DNA of 64,000 bases. It comes from an uncultured Candidatus Saccharibacteria bacterium. GTDB lineage: Bacteria > Patescibacteriota > Minisyncoccia > Phycocordibacterales > Phycocordibacteraceae. Below are positions 57,687 through 64,000 of the stretch, in pieces. The translations under genes were made by a program, and so were the position numbers. How positions within the stretch are numbered: position 1 is the stretch's first letter; each line of letters opens with the position of its first letter. A model generated the notes under the pieces. It worked only from the letters and a program-made list of their open reading frames with translations. It had not been told where the DNA came from and did no database searches. The stretch spans positions 2,573 to 66,572 of the forward strand of contig CAYXYP010000003.1 of the NCBI GenBank assembly GCA_964469405.1. The letters are read 5' to 3'.

Positions 57687-58136
57687 ATGTCAGCTCTTTT
57701 TTCAACCTTTGGTCTCGACTGGCATCTTCTCGTAGCGCAGGTAGTGAACTTCAGCGTGCTTGCGGTAGCACTTACGTGGTTCCTCTACAAGCCGGTTTTG
57801 AAGATGGTGCAAGAACGTAAACGTATTGTCGCAAAGGGTGTTGAAGATGCGCTGCGTGCCGGAGAAATGCTAGCGGAGGCAGACAATGAAGCATCGAATC
57901 GCGTTAAGATTGCCGACGAGGAGGCAGAAAAAATTGTCGCGAGAGCGCGAGAATCCGCCGCGGCTGAGAAGGCGCGTCTTCTGAAAGAAGCTGAAATGCG
58001 AGCAATAGCAGTCACCAATGATGCAGCAGCGCGGGCAGCAGAAATAGCAGCACGTTTTCGTCGTGAGAGTGAGCATGAAGTTGCACGGCTCGGTATCCTG
58101 GCCGCCGAGAAAATTTTAAGAAAACAGTATGATTGA
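57687..58136 (+). CDS. atpF: ATP synthase F0 subunit b
   Basis: N-terminal TM followed by a long charged helix rich in A/E/K/R. Confidence 0.8.
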   Translation: MSALFSTFGLDWHLLVAQVVNFSVLAVALTWFLYKPVLKMVQERKRIVAKGVEDALRAGEMLAEADNEASNRVKIADEEAEKIVARARESAAAEKARLLKEAEMRAIAVTNDAAARAAEIAARFRRESEHEVARLGILAAEKILRKQYD

Positions 58137-58500
58137 TACCTATACACGTCTCTTGGAAGTTACGGCAGAAATTGAAGACGAGACAGCGTCGTCCGCAGCA
58201 ATAACGAAGCTTATTATGCATTTAAAAAGCGCAGGACGTATGAGGATGCTTCCCCAAATTGCACGCGAGTTAAAGAAGGTTGCAGCGCGTCGATCCGCGC
58301 TTCGACCGCATGTGGAAGTCGCTCACAAGAAGGAGGAGGCGGCGGCGCTTATTGCCGCCACACGCGAAGGGATCGTCGTTCGGCATGCGAGTGTGAATCC
58401 GACTCTCATCCACGGCTGGCGTGCGCAGAGTGGCGGTACGCTTATCGACCGCTCGGCAAAGCGTGCGCTCCTGCACATGTATCAGAATATTTTTACATAG
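58129..58500 (+). CDS. atpH: ATP synthase subunit delta (short, 123 aa)
   Basis: Sits between atpF and atpA. The C-terminal GGTLIDRSAKRALL resembles the OSCP/delta C-terminal motif. Confidence 0.6.
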   Translation: MIDTYTRLLEVTAEIEDETASSAAITKLIMHLKSAGRMRMLPQIARELKKVAARRSALRPHVEVAHKKEEAAALIAATREGIVVRHASVNPTLIHGWRAQSGGTLIDRSAKRALLHMYQNIFT

Positions 58501-58503
58501 CAT

Positions 58504-60090
58504 ATGCAAACCATCATTGAGAGAATCGAAAAAGAGATTGCCACATGGTCACCGGAAGCCGGCGCCGAGGAGGTTGGCATCGTGCGTGCGACTGGTGACG
58601 GTATTGCCGAGATTGACGGTTTGAGGAATGCGGTCATGTCGGAGATGGTACTTTTCGATCCAACGTTTGACCGGACGCTTGCTGATGCTCTCAAAGATCC
58701 TAATCCCGTCTACGGTCTCATTCTTAATCTTGAGGAAGATGGTGTGCGTGCAGTAATTCTCGACGATACATCGAAGGTGTATGAAGGGATGCTGGTGCGT
58801 CGACTGACCGCCGAGTCTTCACCGAAAGGTGGATTAGGTCGTCTACTTTCGATTCGGGTCGGTGAGTCACTCATTGGGCGGGTCGTGAATCCTCTCGGAG
58901 AGCCGGTTGACGGCAAAGGTAAGGCGGAAGCAACGGTCGCACGACCTATTGAACATCAAGCATATGGAGTTATCGATCGGGCGCCGGTGCATGTCCCATT
59001 GCATACGGGCATTAAGGCAATTGATGCAATGATCCCTATTGGTCGTGGTCAGCGCGAGCTCATTATTGGAGATCGCGGTACTGGCAAGACCAGTATTGCG
59101 ATTGACACGATCATTAATCAAAAAAGCGAACCATCTGCGACGCGCCCAATCTGTATCTATGTGGCTATCGGTCAGAAGGAATCGAAGACGGCAAAACTTG
59201 TTGCAGAACTTGCCGCGCGCGGGGCCATGGAGTACACCATCATCGTGACGGCTCCCGCCTCTGCTCCAGCCGCGCTTCAATTCCTAGCTCCTTTCGCAGG
59301 AGCGGCTATCGGTGAGTATTTCATGGAGCAAGGGAAGGACGCTCTTGTCGTCTACGATGATCTTTCGAAACATGCGGTTGCCTATCGTCAGATGTCACTT
59401 CTTTTGCGTCGTCCGCCAGGTCGCGAAGCGTATCCGGGCGATATTTTCTATCTACATTCGCGTCTTCTCGAGCGTGCAGCAAAACTTTCTAAAGAAAAGG
59501 GCGGGGGCTCGCTCACGGCGCTTCCTATCATTGAGACGCAAGAGGGCGATGTCTCCGCGTATATTCCGACGAACGTCATTTCAATCACTGACGGGCAAAT
59601 ATATCTTGAAGCCGATCTCTTCAATAAGGGCCAGCGCCCGGCTATCAATGTCGGCATTTCCGTCTCTCGCGTGGGTAGTGCAGCGCAGACAAAAGCCATG
59701 AAGAAAGTTTCAGGCACGATTAAACTCGGGCTCGCGCAATTCCGTGAACTTGAAGCATTTATGCAATTCTCATCCGACCTTGATGCCGATACCAAGAAAC
59801 GTATCGACGCGGGTCGGCGTATGACCGAAGTCTTGAACCAAGGACGCGGTGTACCCCTCCCATTTGCTATGGAGGCAGCCATTATATTTGCAGCGACGAA
59901 CGGCTATCTTGACACCTTCCCGCCCGAAGAAGTGGGCGCGATTGAAACGAAATTGCAGGAATACTTATCGCGTGAAGCAGGCGGTCTGCTCATTGCGATT
60001 CGCGAATCAAAAGAAATCCGTGAAGAATCGGAAAAAACACTTCGCGAGAAGCTCGACGCGTTTATCGCGAGGCACACAGCTATTGCGTAG
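58504..60090 (+). CDS. atpA: ATP synthase subunit alpha
   Basis: [19 protein letters not shown] (P-loop) and the alpha-subunit signature. 528 aa. Confidence 0.95.
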   Translation: MQTIIERIEKEIATWSPEAGAEEVGIVRATGDGIAEIDGLRNAVMSEMVLFDPTFDRTLADALKDPNPVYGLILNLEEDGVRAVILDDTSKVYEGMLVRRLTAESSPKGGLGRLLSIRVGESLIGRVVNPLGEPVDGKGKAEATVARPIEHQAYGVIDRAPVHVPLHTGIKAIDAMIPIGRGQRELIIGDRGTGKTSIAIDTIINQKSEPSATRPICIYVAIGQKESKTAKLVAELAARGAMEYTIIVTAPASAPAALQFLAPFAGAAIGEYFMEQGKDALVVYDDLSKHAVAYRQMSLLLRRPPGREAYPGDIFYLHSRLLERAAKLSKEKGGGSLTALPIIETQEGDVSAYIPTNVISITDGQIYLEADLFNKGQRPAINVGISVSRVGSAAQTKAMKKVSGTIKLGLAQFRELEAFMQFSSDLDADTKKRIDAGRRMTEVLNQGRGVPLPFAMEAAIIFAATNGYLDTFPPEEVGAIETKLQEYLSREAGGLLIAIRESKEIREESEKTLREKLDAFIARHTAIA

Positions 60091-60095
60091 GATAT

Positions 60096-61010
60096 ATGGC
60101 GCTTAAAGATATCAAGACAAAAATAAAAGCAACGAAACGTACGCACAAAGTGACGCGCGCCATGGAAGCTGTCTCGGCGGCAAAAATGCGGAAAACGCAG
60201 AGCATTGCACTTGCGGGAAGACCGTATGTCCGTGCAGCACTATCGATACTCGCGCGACTCTCCGGCAGTAACGATCTCGAGCGACATCCGCTGGGGAAGG
60301 TCAGGACTTCTCAGAAAATTGCTCTGGTGATTATTACGAGCGATAAAGGTCTTGCGGGAGCACTCAACAGTAACGTCATCAGAGCAGTGACTGAATATAT
60401 TGATGGACACGGCGTGTCCATCAATGATGTGACGGTGTATACCTATGGGAGGAAAGGTGCAGAGTATTTTGCGCGGCGCGATTATCGAATCGCTCGCTCA
60501 TTTGAAAATCGACAGGACGTCATCGATCTTTCCGTTATGGAAGAACTTGCCGCAGAGTTAATACGCGAGTTTACACGGGAGACGTATGACGAAGTATTAG
60601 TTGCGTATAGTAATTTCAAGTCGACGTTCGAACAGATGCCTGCGGTGCGTCGTCTACTCCCGCTAGTACTTGTGGATATCGAACAGCTCGTCAAAGATAT
60701 TGTTCCGGTGAAAGGCAAGTGGAGCGAACTCACCACGCTTGCCTCACCGGCGGCATATTCGTTTGAACCGGATGAGAGCAAGGTGCTGGAATACCTTTTG
60801 CCGCGTCTCGTTTCGATTTCGCTCCATCATTTTCTGCTAGAAGCGAAGGCGTCCGAACATTCTGCACGCATGGTGGCGATGAAAAATGCCTCGGATAAAT
60901 CAAAAGAAGTTACGCACGACCTCACTCGTCTCTATAACAGAATTCGCCAAGCAGGAATCACGCGTGAAGTTTCAGAAATCATCAGTGGTCGTGAAGCGCT
61001 TGCTACATAG
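60096..61010 (+). CDS. atpG: ATP synthase subunit gamma
   Basis: MALKDIKTKIKATKRTHKVTRAMEAVSAAKMRK is the canonical gamma N-terminus. The C-terminal helix is present. Confidence 0.9.
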   Translation: MALKDIKTKIKATKRTHKVTRAMEAVSAAKMRKTQSIALAGRPYVRAALSILARLSGSNDLERHPLGKVRTSQKIALVIITSDKGLAGALNSNVIRAVTEYIDGHGVSINDVTVYTYGRKGAEYFARRDYRIARSFENRQDVIDLSVMEELAAELIREFTRETYDEVLVAYSNFKSTFEQMPAVRRLLPLVLVDIEQLVKDIVPVKGKWSELTTLASPAAYSFEPDESKVLEYLLPRLVSISLHHFLLEAKASEHSARMVAMKNASDKSKEVTHDLTRLYNRIRQAGITREVSEIISGREALAT

Positions 61011-61013
61011 ATT

Positions 61014-62809
<1,796 letters not shown>

Positions 62810-62818
62810 TCATCACGC

Positions 62819-63067
62819 ATGACGAAAACTTTTCATCTCATGGTTGCAAAAGTTGGTGAGAACCTTTTCGATGGGGAAGCGATTTCAGCAACTCTCCCGG
62901 GAAGCGAAGGTGTATTCCAAATTCTAGCCGGACACGAGGCGTTCGTTTCCGGGCTCGTCTCGGGAGAGATGCATATTAAAACACTGGATGGAGAAACACG
63001 CGCTTTTGAGATACAGCACAGCGGCGTAGCGGAGGTCTCGTACAATCAAGTAACTGTCCTATTGTAA
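62819..63067 (+). CDS. atpC: ATP synthase subunit epsilon (N-terminal beta-sandwich only, 82 aa)
   Basis: The position after atpD and the sequence HLMVAKVGENLFDGEAISATLPGSEGVFQILAGHEAF fit the epsilon N-domain. The C-terminal helical hairpin is absent. Confidence 0.7.
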   Translation: MTKTFHLMVAKVGENLFDGEAISATLPGSEGVFQILAGHEAFVSGLVSGEMHIKTLDGETRAFEIQHSGVAEVSYNQVTVLL

Positions 63068-63090
63068 TTTTTCGATGGTAATCCATCGAG

Positions 63091-63145
63091 GTCAATACGC
63101 GTCGAAAATCAGTAGATTTTCGACGCGTATTGACACTATTTTTTG
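63091..63145 (+). terminator. Rho-independent terminator of the atp operon
   Basis: GTCAATACGCGTCGAAAAT-CAGTAG-ATTTTCGACGCGTATTGAC then ACTATTTTTT. Confidence 0.8.
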
Positions 63146-63160
63146 TAGTATACTGGTGGC

Positions 63161-63580
63161 ATGGCTTTTGAAGGCAATGGGGGCGAGATGATTCCGCCTC
63201 GTCGTGAGATACCGCATTATCATGGGGACGAAGTGCGGGTGCTTTTCTTTGTGAGTGCGATTGTCCTGATTGTCGCACGATCTACTGGTGCTGATCTCCC
63301 ACTCTCTACATTCGGTACCGTCGTTTCTGCGGTGCTACTGGTGATCGTCGCTGGCATTACGAATCCAGCACAATATTGGATTCATTTCGCAAACGCTTCA
63401 ATTGCGATAGTTGGCGCACTTCTTTTTGGCACGACGGCCATTGATCATTATCGTGCAGGGGAAAGCTTGTTGCATCCCTCATTTGTGTATGTTGAGGCTC
63501 TTGCAATCCTTTCACTTATGGCGCTTTATTTCACCACGCGGACTATCCGCGGCATCAATCAACGCAACAATCTCATCTAG
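63161..63580 (+). CDS. Hypothetical membrane protein
   Basis: 139 aa with about 4 predicted TM helices. No domain recognised. Confidence 0.45.
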   Translation: MAFEGNGGEMIPPRREIPHYHGDEVRVLFFVSAIVLIVARSTGADLPLSTFGTVVSAVLLVIVAGITNPAQYWIHFANASIAIVGALLFGTTAIDHYRAGESLLHPSFVYVEALAILSLMALYFTTRTIRGINQRNNLI

Positions 63581-63685
63581 ACAAGGGTGGTATGCTAATG
63601 AGCAGAAGTTCTTGATTTTAATGCTCTTATAAAAATATGATTGGGTCAATCCCGACCCCGACCATCATTATGGAAGGAGAAATCT

Positions 63686-64000
63686 ATGAAGACGGCGGAG
63701 ATTCAGTTGACTTACGTCATTAAAACGACCAAACTCATGGCGCTTGATTCGAAGAGGACGGATCAATGTTTTGTTCCTCCGATGTGCAAACACCGACATC
63801 TTGATATGGCCAACCTTCTTCCAGAATGTCAGCCGGAAACGGTTCCTTGCACCATCTCGACACTCGCTCTCACGGGGAGTTCGACATTCTTACAGTATGC
63901 GATCACACTCCTCGGTGCTCCGGTGGGCAGCTCGGTCAAGAGGGTTAGCGCTCTTCTGAAGGATCGTGGTTACCCGCTGCTTCTGACGCACTTCGATCAG
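63686..64000 (+). CDS. Hypothetical protein, 5' part; continues beyond window end
   Basis: Strong RBS GGAAGGAGAAATCT-ATG. Open frame of 105 codons to the window end with no stop. Not in the ORF track because there is no in-window stop. Confidence 0.45.
   Translation, partial: MKTAEIQLTYVIKTTKLMALDSKRTDQCFVPPMCKHRHLDMANLLPECQPETVPCTISTLALTGSSTFLQYAITLLGAPVGSSVKRVSALLKDRGYPLLLTHFDQ

Noticed and set aside
63744-63959. ORF-track ORF 63744-63959 (+)
   Set aside because: A different plus frame starting at 63686 has a strong RBS and stays open to the window end, so it is preferred as the real gene. The 63744 ORF is treated as an overlapping frame artefact.

Overview
The window reads as a compact, gene-dense bacterial chromosome segment of about 50% GC, almost entirely housekeeping genes on both strands. 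Short forms of DnaX, UvrC, RelA/SpoT, ATP-synthase delta/epsilon and IF-2, a SWIB-domain protein and T4SS-type pilin/coupling-protein genes suggest a reduced-genome lineage (Candidate Phyla Radiation/Patescibacteria-like); this is an inference from gene content only. Identified genes: infB (partial), cysteine desulfurase, clpB, eno, gpmA, miaA, peroxiredoxin, parB, relA/spoT, topA, dprA, serS, ftsQ-like, dus, dnaX, a matrixin-like protease, trhO, nirK-type copper nitrite reductase, PAP2, two NUDIX hydrolases, dsbA-like, VOC, ZIP, dedA, FKBP, tgt, uvrB-uvrA-uvrC, ddl, a fold-III decarboxylase, an aminotransferase, mscL and an atpBEFHAG-(nudix)-DC operon. Five tRNA genes were read by hand (Trp, Leu, Gln, Cys, Val). 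No rRNA, CRISPR array, integrase or transposase was seen. The most unusual locus is a 2-gene operon at 35.6-40.8 kb: a 920-aa VirD4/TraG-like P-loop ATPase with a ~500-aa unknown N-terminal domain, followed by a 781-aa membrane protein. A T4SS-pilin-like gene with a Cys-rich C-terminal extension lies at 7.9-8.8 kb. Other signals are a tRNA-linked repeat family (three copies ending TGACCACAA), direct repeats of the 3' ends of three tRNAs, and two AT-rich islets, one of them bounded by near-identical terminator palindromes.
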